NCBI GenBank assembly: GCA_035627655.1
Contig: DASPLI010000001.1
Coordinates: 259,355-323,354, forward strand
Origin: Minisyncoccota bacterium
Lineage (GTDB): Bacteria > Patescibacteriota > Minisyncoccia > Phycocordibacterales > Phycocordibacteraceae
DNA length: 64,000 nucleotides
Reading direction: 5' to 3'
Shown: piece by piece, positions 1 to 9,364 of the stretch
Numbering within the stretch: position 1 is the first letter of the stretch
How the letters are laid out: every line of letters starts with the position of its first letter
The notes under the pieces: generated by a model
Told to the model about the DNA's origin: nothing
The model's input: only the letters and a program-made list of their open reading frames with translations
The model's database searches: none
Position numbers and translations under genes: made by a program

Positions 1-3
1 GAG

Positions 4-1068
4 GTGCCTGCTGCGCCCCCGCCTCCACCACCTCCGCTAACACCAGCTCCTGTACCGACACCGACCGTTACGCTGCCTTCTGATCCTGAGAAGGAAGCGG
101 CGCTTACACGTATGAAAGCGCGGATGGTGCTTCCGCCAGAACCAAAGGCGCCAGAACCGATTGCGCCGTTGCCTCCGGTAAGCAAAGAGCCGCTTCCTCA
201 GCCTCCGCTTACTTCGTCACCAATTCATACCTACAAAACTGACTTTGCTGCGCATGTGCAAGGTTCAGGCGCTTCGCGCATTTCTATACTCGCTGCCCAG
301 CAAGACGCGTCCGCTGCGCCAGTCGTGCTTCCTGAAGTGAAGAAGAAGCGCTTCGGCATGATTGCGCTCAGCGTCTTCTTAATCGTTGTTGGTATTGTTG
401 GCGTTACAACCGCGTATCGCTATGCAACGCAGCAAGTTGTACCGCCGGAACTCTTTGTTCCGTCTCTTATTTTTGCTGACGAGCGCGTTGCTGTGTCTGG
501 AAGCGGGGAAGAACTGCGCCAGAAGCTTGGGAACCTTACTGAGGCGCGAGAGCTTTCTGATGGCGGCGTGGTTGTGACGTATATTACATACGCTTCAACC
601 ACCCCCGACGGAAAGACTGTCAATGTGCCAGCAAGCGGCGGCGCGCTCATAGAAGCACTCCGACTCTCGGCGCCAGATATTCTGCTTCGCAATATTGCTC
701 CAGAGAGCACGGTTGGCGTTGTGCGGGCGGGAAGTGAAACGCGACCGTTTTTCATACTACGCGTTACCTCATATGAACGTACGTATGCCGGCATGTTGTC
801 GTGGGAGTCGACGATGGAGCGCGATCTTGCCGTTCTTTATCCGCCCTATCCGGTCGAAGCGACGACTACGCCGCTTACGGAAACAGCATTCCGTGTCTCC
901 TTTATTGATGAGGTGATCGACAACCACGACGTGCGCGTGCTGCGCGACGCTGAAAACCGACCACTTATGCTCTACGGTTATCGCGATAAGGATACGCTGA
1001 TCATCGCCCGAGACGAGCAGGCGTTTCGAGAACTCCTCGCCCGCCTCGCTGCTACTCGCGCACGCTAG
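4..1068 (+). CDS. Proline-rich N-terminus, single TM segment, membrane-anchored hypothetical protein; ORF is open to window edge so 5' end may be truncated
   Basis: Long ORF with PPPPPPP tract, hydrophobic segment FGMIALSVFLIVVGIVGVTTAY, first codon at 4 is GTG with no upstream stop in window. Confidence 0.45.
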   Translation: MPAAPPPPPPPLTPAPVPTPTVTLPSDPEKEAALTRMKARMVLPPEPKAPEPIAPLPPVSKEPLPQPPLTSSPIHTYKTDFAAHVQGSGASRISILAAQQDASAAPVVLPEVKKKRFGMIALSVFLIVVGIVGVTTAYRYATQQVVPPELFVPSLIFADERVAVSGSGEELRQKLGNLTEARELSDGGVVVTYITYASTTPDGKTVNVPASGGALIEALRLSAPDILLRNIAPESTVGVVRAGSETRPFFILRVTSYERTYAGMLSWESTMERDLAVLYPPYPVEATTTPLTETAFRVSFIDEVIDNHDVRVLRDAENRPLMLYGYRDKDTLIIARDEQAFRELLARLAATRAR

Positions 1069-1089
1069 CGTGGTAGACTACTCGGTATT

Positions 1090-1443
1090 ATGAATACCGA
1101 TGCATATAAAAGCCGCCTGCTTGAGGAAAAAACCAATCTTGAAGCAGAGCTGCAGACCGTAGGCCGTAAGAATCCGTCGAATCCCGCAGACTGGGAAGCG
1201 GTTCCGGAAGAAACCGGACAGGAGGCAGATCAAGCAGATGCCGCTGACCTTATTGAAGGATACGAGTCGAATACGGCAATTCTCAAAGACTTGGAAATCC
1301 GTTACAACGATGTGCTTGGCGCTCTTTCACGCATTGAACAGGGAACGTATGGCACTTGTGAGGTTGGCGGGGAGCAGATTGAGGAAGACCGCCTCAGTGC
1401 AGATCCTGCAGCTCGTACCTGCAAGGCTCACCTTAACGCATAA
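1090..1443 (+). CDS. DksA/TraR-like (YteA-type) small acidic protein with C-terminal Cys pair
   Basis: 117 aa, coiled-coil N-term plus GTYGTCEVGG...ARTCKAH resembling DksA/TraR zinc-finger region (only two Cys). Confidence 0.45.
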   Translation: MNTDAYKSRLLEEKTNLEAELQTVGRKNPSNPADWEAVPEETGQEADQADAADLIEGYESNTAILKDLEIRYNDVLGALSRIEQGTYGTCEVGGEQIEEDRLSADPAARTCKAHLNA

Positions 1444-1448
1444 GATAT

Positions 1449-2036
1449 ATGTCTAATACTCTCTCGGTAAAAGAGTGCCTCAAGACCGGATGGCAGCTCT
1501 TTAAGGCGCGCCCATGGTTTTACGTCGGTATTACGCTTCTGGTGACGGTTATTCAGATGGTCATCAGCGGACTGCAGGCAGCAACGCCTGAACCGATCGC
1601 AACGCTTATTTCGTTTGTGTTCTCGACGCTTCTGTATGCCGGCATCTTGAACTTCTACCTCCGGGCGCACGAGGGAGCAGGGAAGGTGGGCGATCTCTGG
1701 AACCCAAAGCCATTTTGGAGCTATCTTGGCGTTTCGCTTCTCCTTCTGCTTATCGTTGGTATCGGCTTTCTCCTCCTTATCGTACCGGGCCTCATTCTTG
1801 CGATGATGTTCTTCTTCGCTGGCTACCTGGTGGTTGATCGTGGTCTCAATCCGATCGCAGCACTTAAGGAAAGCTACCGACTCACGAAAGGAAACCGCTG
1901 GAAACTCTTCCTGCTTACGCTTGCGGTTGCTGGTCTTGCTATCCTCGGCATGATCCCGCTGCTGCTCGGTCTTCTGATTGTCGTGCCGGTTACGGGACTT
2001 GCGAGTGTGCACGCATACCGAACGCTTTCTCGCTAA
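1449..2036 (+). CDS. Polytopic integral membrane protein, function unknown
   Basis: 195 aa, several hydrophobic helices; followed by hairpin terminator. Confidence 0.5.
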   Translation: MSNTLSVKECLKTGWQLFKARPWFYVGITLLVTVIQMVISGLQAATPEPIATLISFVFSTLLYAGILNFYLRAHEGAGKVGDLWNPKPFWSYLGVSLLLLLIVGIGFLLLIVPGLILAMMFFFAGYLVVDRGLNPIAALKESYRLTKGNRWKLFLLTLAVAGLAILGMIPLLLGLLIVVPVTGLASVHAYRTLSR

Positions 2037-2043
2037 GGTATTA

Positions 2044-2080
2044 AAACTACGCGAACCGGCCCCTCGGGTCGGTTCGTGTT
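2044..2080 (+). terminator. Intrinsic terminator (CGAACCG...CGGTTCG stem, then TGTTTGTATTAT)
   Basis: GC hairpin with CTCG loop followed by T-rich run immediately after stop of 1449..2036. Confidence 0.55.
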
Positions 2081-2234
2081 TGTATTATAAAAATAAGAAG
2101 TGAGAAGAGGGTGAAGGTTAGAGAGCGATCAGGCTCCATCTCGCTCGTGCCCACTGAATAATCGCACAACCGCTACCCCGGTAAAAGTCGGGGTCGTTTG
2201 TATATAAACTGTAGACGCTTGCTATCATTCCTGC

Positions 2235-3086
2235 ATGCGCCTCAAGAAATGGCACTACGTAATCTTGCTTATCGTAGTGCTTGCGATCAACGTACTGATT
2301 GCATTTCTCATTTTCTATACGCCAGACAAGCTTCGTGTTTCGTTTCTCGACGTCGGACAGGGAGATGCCATTTTGATCCAGGGACCGACTGGCATCGACA
2401 TGTTGGTAGATGCAGGTAAAGACCGCTCCGCGGTCCGGGAGTTGGGGAAGCAGCTGGGACCGCTCGACCGAACAATCGATATTGTTGTTGCAACACATCC
2501 AGATGCAGATCATATTGGCGGGCTTCCGGCAGTATTTGCGGGCTACCGCGTCCGTGCGTACCTCTCTCCATCTATAAAAAACGATACCGATCCAACGTAC
2601 GCGCTTGAAAGTGCGGTGGCACGCGAACAGGGGGTACGAATAGTGCCGGCACGCCGCGGTAGCAGAGTCGAACTTGGCGGCGGTGCGTACGCTGACATCC
2701 TCTTTCCAGATCGAGACGTAGATACTATTGAAACCAACACCGGTTCTGTCGTGCTGCGGGTGGTCTATGGCGACACCTCATTTCTCCTTACCGGAGACGC
2801 GCCTGATGATGTTGAGTCGTGGCTCGTCACGCTTGATGAGGGATCGATCAAAAGTGACGTGCTAAAAGCAGGACATCACGGATCTCGCACCTCGACCAGT
2901 GCTGCGTTTCTTGCAGCAGTTGACCCGAGCATCGTGGTTATTTCCGCGGGCAAAGACAATAGCTACGGTCACCCGCATCAGGAAGTAGTTGAGCGCATCC
3001 TCGCCTCCGGTGCAATTCTTGTTTCAACCATCGAAAAGGGAACCATAGTGTTTGAAAGCGATGGGGAAACCGTCATGGAGCGATAG
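2235..3086 (+). CDS. ComEC/Rec2-type metallo-beta-lactamase-fold hydrolase (stand-alone MBL domain with N-terminal TM anchor)
   Basis: Motifs DVGQGDA, HPDADHIGG, KAGHHGS, YGHP typical of ComEC C-terminal MBL domain. Confidence 0.7.
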   Translation: MRLKKWHYVILLIVVLAINVLIAFLIFYTPDKLRVSFLDVGQGDAILIQGPTGIDMLVDAGKDRSAVRELGKQLGPLDRTIDIVVATHPDADHIGGLPAVFAGYRVRAYLSPSIKNDTDPTYALESAVAREQGVRIVPARRGSRVELGGGAYADILFPDRDVDTIETNTGSVVLRVVYGDTSFLLTGDAPDDVESWLVTLDEGSIKSDVLKAGHHGSRTSTSAAFLAAVDPSIVVISAGKDNSYGHPHQEVVERILASGAILVSTIEKGTIVFESDGETVMER

Positions 3087-3148
3087 CTTGCAAATAATAA
3101 ATTACTGTGGGATAGTTTTATCTGGAAAGGCACGTCTATCGAACTGAC

Positions 3149-3718
3149 GTGAATGGGTACTACATGCTCTTAGAACTCGGAAGGAAGCCGGTTCGATCTG
3201 CACTCACTACCTTCATTCCGGTAGTGTTCGCAGTCGGGTGCTTTTGGTTGCTGCTTGCGACCTTTAAGGATCTTGGCGTTGCCGTCTACGGCACGCTTAT
3301 CGTTACCGCGCTTCTCGCTGTGGTTTCTTTCTTCATGCAGTTGTCGGTGTGGCCATCATTCGCACAGACCGTTGCCGTTGTCGGAGTCTTTCTCGGCTTT
3401 GTGTACGAAGGGGCGATTGAGACGCTTGTCGTCTGGCCGCCGCTTGCTGCAGCACTGGCTGGCGTTGCCGTCAGTGTTGCGAAGGGAGACAGGGAATCGG
3501 GGGACCGCACGATTGGTGTGATGTCGAAGTTCTTCTTCGATCTCGCGCTCTATTCGGGTGTGTTCCTCTCGGTACTCCTTCTGTTCTTCACGTATACGCC
3601 GGGAAGTCCCTACCAGTCGTACGGTCCGCCGCTTCTGGGCGTCCTGCTCACTATGGGATTCTGTCTCTGGTGGAGTATGAATGCTGCACGGAATCGGCCG
3701 CGTGACCCTCGGCGATAA
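3149..3718 (+). CDS. Integral membrane protein, hypothetical
   Basis: 189 aa hydrophobic ORF; start uncertain. Confidence 0.45.
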   Translation: MNGYYMLLELGRKPVRSALTTFIPVVFAVGCFWLLLATFKDLGVAVYGTLIVTALLAVVSFFMQLSVWPSFAQTVAVVGVFLGFVYEGAIETLVVWPPLAAALAGVAVSVAKGDRESGDRTIGVMSKFFFDLALYSGVFLSVLLLFFTYTPGSPYQSYGPPLLGVLLTMGFCLWWSMNAARNRPRDPRR

Positions 3719-3722
3719 CACA

Positions 3723-3756
3723 AAACGCGGGAGCTTGTTGCTCCCGCGTTTTTCGT
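3723..3756. terminator. Bidirectional intrinsic terminator between 3149..3718(+) and rpmB(-)
   Basis: AACGCGGGAGC-TTGTT-GCTCCCGCGTT hairpin followed by TTTTTCG. Confidence 0.7.
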
Positions 3757-3762
3757 ATTCGT

Positions 3763-4005
3763 TTAGATAACGCCTGCTTTCTTGAAGGTCTTGAAGGCGC
3801 CGTTCTTCTTGATGTGGCGCAGACCCTTGGCGCTGATGTCGACGAGGACAGACTTGCCGAGCTCAGGGACATAGACGCGGCGTTTCTGGAGATTTGCCTT
3901 GCGGCGAACCTTGCCCGTGTGGTTGTACTGCGTTGCGCGGGTACGGTTTGAATACCGCCCGCCAATCTGCGTGCTCTTTCCGGTAATGTCGCAAGCGCGT
4001 GCCAT
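3763..4005 (-). CDS. rpmB: 50S ribosomal protein L28
   Basis: MARACDITGKSTQIGGRYSNRTRATQYNHTGKVRRKANLQKRRVYVPELGKSVLVDISAKGLRHIKKNG matches L28; ATG at 4003-4005 (ORF-track upstream extension rejected). Confidence 0.85.
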   Translation of the reverse strand: MARACDITGKSTQIGGRYSNRTRATQYNHTGKVRRKANLQKRRVYVPELGKSVLVDISAKGLRHIKKNGAFKTFKKAGVI

Positions 4006-4128
4006 AGTGGGGGCATCGTAACACGGCCTATATAAACGGGCAACCAAGAGGAGGTTGACTTTATACATATGAAGTAGCATAATCATTCTTATATCGACGC
4101 AATAGTCGATGATTGGAAGGAGTTCCTC

Positions 4129-4353
4129 GTGTCTAGTTTGGGTCCGATGCTGATGTTGGCACTTACCTTCATCGGCAAATGTATCCTCTGGTTGGTATTG
4201 CTCGTGGTCTTCGTGATCTGCGCGCACTACTTTCCTGACCTTTGGAATATGGTCCGCGCCAGCTTCGGCGCCGGCCCAGCAGATCCATTCACCACGATCG
4301 TCTTTGCCTTCTCTGGGGGCATGGCGGGAGTCATCGTGTTTGGTTCACGCTGA
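4129..4353 (+). CDS. Small hydrophobic membrane protein, hypothetical
   Basis: 74 aa, two predicted TM helices; weak support. Confidence 0.3.
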   Translation: MSSLGPMLMLALTFIGKCILWLVLLVVFVICAHYFPDLWNMVRASFGAGPADPFTTIVFAFSGGMAGVIVFGSR

Positions 4354-4405
4354 AACAGCTCGAGGCCGTCGCGTCACTGCGGCGGCCTTTGCTATACTCC
4401 ATGCA

Positions 4406-5038
4406 ATGAATGATCCCGAACTGATGGTGTTTACGGTCGTTGTACTCATCTTCTCTGTGATTGTGCATGAGGTCGCGCACGGTTGGATCGCAAACGCGCT
4501 TGGCGATCCGACCGCCAAGCTTGCTGGACGACTCACGCTCAACCCGTTGCCGCACATTGATCCGATCGGCTCCGTACTCTTGCCGGGGCTTCTCGTTGCG
4601 TCGGGCTCCGGTTTTCTCTTTGGTTGGGCAAAGCCGGTTCCGTATAACCCGTATAACCTCAGAAATCAGCGATGGGGGGAGGCGATCGTTGGAGTGGCAG
4701 GCGTCGCGACGAATCTTGTGCTTGCAATTGTGTTTGCGCTTGTCGCTCGGTATGCCGCAAGTGTTGGTATGCTCGAATTCGCGTCGCTCGCTGCGATTGT
4801 GTGCTGGGTAAACCTCTTTCTCGGCCTCTTCAACCTGATTCCATTTCCGCCACTCGATGGTTTTACGGTGTTGCGCGGGCTCCTCCCGCTGCGTTTCTCC
4901 GTTCCGTTCCGCGCGGTTGAGGCGCAGCTTGGCGGATTTACCGGACTTCTTGTTTTCCTTTTGATATTCAACTTTGTTCTTGTTGAGCCGTTTGCCGCCT
5001 TCGCACAAAGCATCTTCTCGCTACTGCTCGGGAGTTGA
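4406..5038 (+). CDS. Site-2 protease family (M50) zinc metalloprotease
   Basis: HEVAHG (HExxH) inside first TM helix, multiple TM, LDG-like motif PLDGF; ATG at 4406 (ORF-track TTG start at 4304 rejected). Confidence 0.7.
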   Translation: MNDPELMVFTVVVLIFSVIVHEVAHGWIANALGDPTAKLAGRLTLNPLPHIDPIGSVLLPGLLVASGSGFLFGWAKPVPYNPYNLRNQRWGEAIVGVAGVATNLVLAIVFALVARYAASVGMLEFASLAAIVCWVNLFLGLFNLIPFPPLDGFTVLRGLLPLRFSVPFRAVEAQLGGFTGLLVFLLIFNFVLVEPFAAFAQSIFSLLLGS

Positions 5039-5098
5039 CTTTTATAGATTCTAGTTGTATAGATAATTGCCCTTGTTTGTAGGGTTGCACATTAGGAG

Positions 5099-5614
5099 GT
5101 GCACGTGACTTATGGTGCGGATGATTGGGAGGAAAACCCTCCCGCTCCACCACCGCGTCGTCGGCGCTTCAAGCTTCCCGAGAGCTCTCTCGGGAATGCC
5201 CTTGAAGCCGTCTTCACGTACGGGGTGAGCTTCTTCATCTATCTACCCATCAATGCCCTGCTCATCTTCGGTCCGTGGGAAATGAATCTCTCGTCTCCCA
5301 CGTTCTGGACGCTCTGGATCGGGCTGTCACTGGCGGTGGATGCGGGCAACCGCATCGCTGCCAATATCGGCATTCAGGAAAAGTTCGCCAGCAAGACGAT
5401 GCGTCTGTTCGCCGACCTCTTGTCGTCGGTGAGCCCGCTGCTGATCCCGCTCCTCATGATCATTCTGACCTTGACGGGCGTGTATCACGCGTCCTACGCG
5501 GACGGCGTGATCGCGATCCTCATGTCGTGGTTCTGCCTGAACGACGTGTTCGGCAACAGCAACATCGTCCATACGGCATTGCGTCGCGTCAACGAAGTCG
5601 CGCGCGATATCTGA
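5099..5614 (+). CDS. Integral membrane protein, hypothetical (probable start GTG 5105 after AGGAGG)
   Basis: AGGAGG at 5094-5099, hydrophobic helices. Confidence 0.45.
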   Translation: MHVTYGADDWEENPPAPPPRRRRFKLPESSLGNALEAVFTYGVSFFIYLPINALLIFGPWEMNLSSPTFWTLWIGLSLAVDAGNRIAANIGIQEKFASKTMRLFADLLSSVSPLLIPLLMIILTLTGVYHASYADGVIAILMSWFCLNDVFGNSNIVHTALRRVNEVARDI

Positions 5615-5730
5615 ATGACGGCAAACTCGAACGGCGCGCCTCTGGTGCGCCGTTTTGTTTTTATACCCACCCCCGTCTTGGCGTTCCACGATAAGTTTTA
5701 TACTTAAAGGGTTAGTACTAACGTTTCATC

Positions 5731-6120
5731 ATGCCCCTCACCATATTCCTTGCCCAAGTATTCGGTCTCTACATGATCATTGCTGGTATCGCTATCATTG
5801 CGAACCAGCGAAACATCATGCTTGCAGTTGCCGCTCTTGTTGAAGAGCGTTTCTCGCAGCTTCTTGTTGGCGTGCTCAGCCTCCTGCTCGGTCTCTTTCT
5901 CGTCAATTCGCATAACGATTGGTCCACGCTTCCAGCTGGCATCGTATCGCTCATCGGTTGGCTCTCGCTCGTAAAAGGTATCTTCTACCTCTTTACGCCT
6001 GAAAATTCCCTCACCAAGATCATCAGGAAGCTGAATCAGCGCAAGTGGTACATGATCGACGGAATCATCGCCATCCTCATCGGCGCGTATCTTGCCGGCT
6101 TTGGATACGGCTGGTTCTAA
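5731..6120 (+). CDS. Small polytopic membrane protein, hypothetical
   Basis: 129 aa hydrophobic ORF followed by strong terminator. Confidence 0.5.
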   Translation: MPLTIFLAQVFGLYMIIAGIAIIANQRNIMLAVAALVEERFSQLLVGVLSLLLGLFLVNSHNDWSTLPAGIVSLIGWLSLVKGIFYLFTPENSLTKIIRKLNQRKWYMIDGIIAILIGAYLAGFGYGWF

Positions 6121-6130
6121 CGTTCCATAC

Positions 6131-6165
6131 AAAAACAGCCCGCACGTGCGGGCTGTTTTTGTTTT
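6131..6165. terminator. Bidirectional intrinsic terminator (CAGCCCGCACGTGCGGGCTG + TTTTTGTTTT)
   Basis: Perfect 8-bp GC stem with T-run; also marks left edge of low-GC island. Confidence 0.8.
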
Positions 6166-6169
6166 CAGG

Positions 6170-6529
6170 TTATCGGTTTCGTAAGCTGGTCCAAGTAATT
6201 ACCACTATGCTGATGATGGAGAAGAGTCCGGCCATCAGCCACGTAACCATTTCTTTGGTAACCGAATAAAGCGGCATCCAGGTGTTGTTTGAATCAGGAG
6301 TAACTGCGATTAGAACAATTGAAAGTGGAAGCCACCACGCAGCAAGCTTTGCCCACGCCCCAAAGACCCCCTTCTTCTTTAGGAAAACTAGCAGAAGAGC
6401 AGGTATAAAAGTTGCTAAGCCAAGAATGTAGAGCGGTTCGCTTAACCAGGGATCATAAAGATCAAAATAATCAAAGATGTACCCAAGCGCACTTATTAAG
6501 ATTGTGGCGATTAGAATTTTTAATCTCAT
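6170..6529 (-). CDS. Membrane protein, hypothetical (within low-GC island)
   Basis: 119 aa, 3-4 TM helices, AT-rich codon usage. Confidence 0.45.
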   Translation of the reverse strand: MRLKILIATILISALGYIFDYFDLYDPWLSEPLYILGLATFIPALLLVFLKKKGVFGAWAKLAAWWLPLSIVLIAVTPDSNNTWMPLYSVTKEMVTWLMAGLFSIISIVVITWTSLRNR

Positions 6530-6534
6530 ATTTC

Positions 6535-9315
6535 CTAGAATATATTTTTGAACCAGGTAAGGATTTCTTTCATAATACTGTATAAGAGTCTAGGTAAATC
6601 GAAGAACCAATTTTGTGAATTTAGGGAGTCGTATATAGAGGCGGTTTGTGTACGTACCGAGCTAACCACTTCCTCGGTCGTTGTAGGTCCAGTCTCTAAT
6701 TCCATAGTGGTTGTTTGTGATACAGGTATCAGCCAGTTGAAAAATTCTGGAGTTGGAGGAGGTGTACTGGTGATAGTCGGGATTAAGTATTCGGGGGCGT
6801 CTTTCTCATCACTCTTTACAACTCGATTCGACCCTCTGCTGGAAGAAGATCCCGTTATTTCCTGAGGTTCGTAAGCGACAGTTTCCCCAGATGTCATAGC
6901 AATAAGAATCTCTGTTTCTCCGTCTCCATTTTCATCAATAGCGAGTGGTGTTGCATCTTCAATTCCATTGCTGATTGCAAAAGTTGCAAACGTATTAGGA
7001 GAAACAGGAAGGTTGGTTACAGTGCTTGTCTGGGTCACGTTCCCATCCTCCATCTCTTGAATATCGAGAGAAAAGGTACCTTCGTCTAATCCGTGTAACT
7101 CAACTCGGTACTCTGCTCCAGCCGGCGCAATAATGTATTGAACCTCTCCAAATCTTCCGTAGTGCGAGTCTGGAACATTTTCCTCTTCTGACCCATCGTC
7201 AACTGGTCCTGTTCGGTTCCCCCTGTTGTCGTGAAGTTCGAGAGTAAGAGGAGAGTGAAGGAAAAATATAAGTTTCTTAGTTTCTTGCTGTTGAATAACT
7301 GGAGAATCTTTTATAAATACAACTTCTCTGTCTTCTTGAAGAAGGAGATTGGAGATAAATGTTTGAACATCATCCATTTCCAAGAAGTTACCGTGGTCTC
7401 TGTCGGTATTGTCTTTATTGTGGTCCCGTATATTTACCCAAAAATTTTGTATGTTTAATATCTCTTCCTCCATCATAAGAGCACTGGCAACTGGAACAAC
7501 CCCATCACCGTCCTCTATAAATACTGGACGGTACTTTTTATTGCAGGACGTTCCACATTCCTCGTAGAACTCAATTCCAGAAATCGTGTCTTCACCCCAG
7601 CCAGCTATTTGATAAAGAGTGACTTCTCCAGGAGGAGTCCAGCTGTCTATTGAAGTATGTATCTGCTCTGCATAGCTGAGTAATGTTGAGTGAAGAACAT
7701 TTGCATTCTCGAAGTCAGAAGTGTCAGGCTTTGAACGCCCTCCCTCAGCTGCCTGAAGGAAGTCTTTAAGTTCAGCAAAGTTATCAATAGTTTCCCCGTA
7801 CATGTTTCGTTCAGCACTGTATGTTTCACTAAACCGGGCAACAGGATGCGTTCCACTATTCTTAGTGGATTCAAAATAGCGCTCTGTCGGGAGAAGGTGA
7901 TATCCCATGGGAGAGCGCTCTGCAAAATCGCGAGCAGTCGCTGGAGACACTAAAAATGGAAACCACCACGGCAGCCCTTCTTTGTAGCCGAACAAAAGAG
8001 CTCCAATAGCCTGCGGAGCACCGCTTTGTGGGACACCTACAAAAATCACATTATCGACAAGTTCTTCGGTTGCTTCAGGGCCAAGTTTCTCGAAAAGAGC
8101 TTTGGCAACCAATCCGCCATTTGAATGGGCAATGATAGTAACTTTCCCGGTCTTTGAGTTTGCAGCTAGTGAACGAAGTGTTTGTTCAATGTAAGGAGTA
8201 GATGTTGCTTCGCCGTAAAATATCCTTCCGTCGCGTTCAGCGCCCGTTTCAACAATGTCCTCAAGTGAGAGTCGCCAGTCATACGCTACTGGACGCCATT
8301 CGTTTATAGCTCCGTTCACTTGGAGATCATCCATATGCTCAATGAAGTCATCGTAGATATCGATGAACGACATGACTGAATCAATGACGTCGCCTTCTTT
8401 TGTATAAATCGCCTCCTGACTCTTCCCGTCTTCGTTTAGCAACAGCAGATTGATATCGTCTTCTCCTAATGGGTCCCACACTTTTTCTTCTGATCCGTTA
8501 TTGATATAGAGGCGACTCCCTTTAATTCCTGGTAAGAAAAGAACGTTTGATGCGCAAGGCGCTTCGCACACGGGTTCCGATTCTTCAAAATCACTAGCGG
8601 TTACCTGTAAGAATATCTCTGTCTCATTTGCGCCTTTTGTATAAATAACCCCATTAGTCCACCGCGGGTCTCCATTGACGCGGTACACAAGTGAAATTTC
8701 ATATTGCGCACCAGCTTCAAGCACGCAGTCGCTTTCTGGATGATCGAAAGTAATGAGCGCAACTGTCGACGCATCTCCAACCGGGATAGCGGCATAGTTT
8801 TCATGAGCATATCCGCTACCGTTTTCTTGTGCACTTAAGAGCCAACAAATATGCTCATGGGTTTCTGGCGACTTCAGTTCAATGGAAAGCCAGTTACCAG
8901 AAATGCGCGGCTCAGACGTGATGGTATTTTGCGCGAGATACAAACGCACTTTTGAAACATGACCGCTTGCGAGAGCGGTGTATATAGGACGAGGAGTAAG
9001 TTCGTGATATTCACCTCCAGCTGCTCCCGAGAATTCAATTTCATAAGAAGAATCGTCTTGCACTAGCAATAAGTCAGAGTCAGATCCAAGCGTAAGTATC
9101 TCAAAAGAAGATTCCGCTTCTGGAATTTCTCCAAGCGGAATATTTTCTGAGGAAATTTCTATTTCTGGAAGTGTTGGATCCTCAGGTTGAGAAATTATCT
9201 CGGGAAGTACTTTTTCAAGCGACCCGCCCAGCACCTCTTCCTCGGCGTGGGTAGTAATACCAAGTACCGGCAGCAACAGGGCCACCACTAGCGAGAGATA
9301 TGCTGCCCGCAGCAT
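6535..9315 (-). CDS. Large secreted alpha/beta-hydrolase (lipase/esterase-like, GxSxG = AHSNGG) with signal peptide and extended beta-rich N-terminal region
   Basis: 926 aa; signal peptide MLRAAYLSLVVALLLPVLGITTHA; lipase nucleophile elbow TIIAHSNGGLVA; Thr/Pro-rich C-terminal tail; low GC. Confidence 0.6.
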   Translation of the reverse strand: MLRAAYLSLVVALLLPVLGITTHAEEEVLGGSLEKVLPEIISQPEDPTLPEIEISSENIPLGEIPEAESSFEILTLGSDSDLLLVQDDSSYEIEFSGAAGGEYHELTPRPIYTALASGHVSKVRLYLAQNTITSEPRISGNWLSIELKSPETHEHICWLLSAQENGSGYAHENYAAIPVGDASTVALITFDHPESDCVLEAGAQYEISLVYRVNGDPRWTNGVIYTKGANETEIFLQVTASDFEESEPVCEAPCASNVLFLPGIKGSRLYINNGSEEKVWDPLGEDDINLLLLNEDGKSQEAIYTKEGDVIDSVMSFIDIYDDFIEHMDDLQVNGAINEWRPVAYDWRLSLEDIVETGAERDGRIFYGEATSTPYIEQTLRSLAANSKTGKVTIIAHSNGGLVAKALFEKLGPEATEELVDNVIFVGVPQSGAPQAIGALLFGYKEGLPWWFPFLVSPATARDFAERSPMGYHLLPTERYFESTKNSGTHPVARFSETYSAERNMYGETIDNFAELKDFLQAAEGGRSKPDTSDFENANVLHSTLLSYAEQIHTSIDSWTPPGEVTLYQIAGWGEDTISGIEFYEECGTSCNKKYRPVFIEDGDGVVPVASALMMEEEILNIQNFWVNIRDHNKDNTDRDHGNFLEMDDVQTFISNLLLQEDREVVFIKDSPVIQQQETKKLIFFLHSPLTLELHDNRGNRTGPVDDGSEEENVPDSHYGRFGEVQYIIAPAGAEYRVELHGLDEGTFSLDIQEMEDGNVTQTSTVTNLPVSPNTFATFAISNGIEDATPLAIDENGDGETEILIAMTSGETVAYEPQEITGSSSSRGSNRVVKSDEKDAPEYLIPTITSTPPPTPEFFNWLIPVSQTTTMELETGPTTTEEVVSSVRTQTASIYDSLNSQNWFFDLPRLLYSIMKEILTWFKNIF

Positions 9316-9364
9316 ATGGCTCTAGTATATAGCCCTAAAGCAACTTTAGCGGTAGGCTCATTGC

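Larger units (their letters stand above)
6131..9320. other. Compositional (low-GC, ~42-44%) island carrying two minus-strand genes
   Basis: Visibly AT-rich sequence versus ~58-60% GC flanks; bounded by terminator at 6131-6165 and divergent junction at 9316-9364; no integrase/transposase seen. Confidence 0.55.

Noticed and set aside
2118-2513. 131-aa minus ORF
   Set aside because: Overlaps the 5' region of the ComEC-like MBL gene on the opposite strand. It is Cys-rich and has no RBS.
3160-3205. tRNA-like T-loop string GGTTCGATC
   Set aside because: No acceptor, D or anticodon stems can be formed. It lies inside the coding region of 3149..3718.
6131-9320. Calling the low-GC island a mobile element
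   Set aside because: No integrase, transposase, tRNA attachment site or direct repeats are visible. It is only a compositional anomaly, reported as 'other'.
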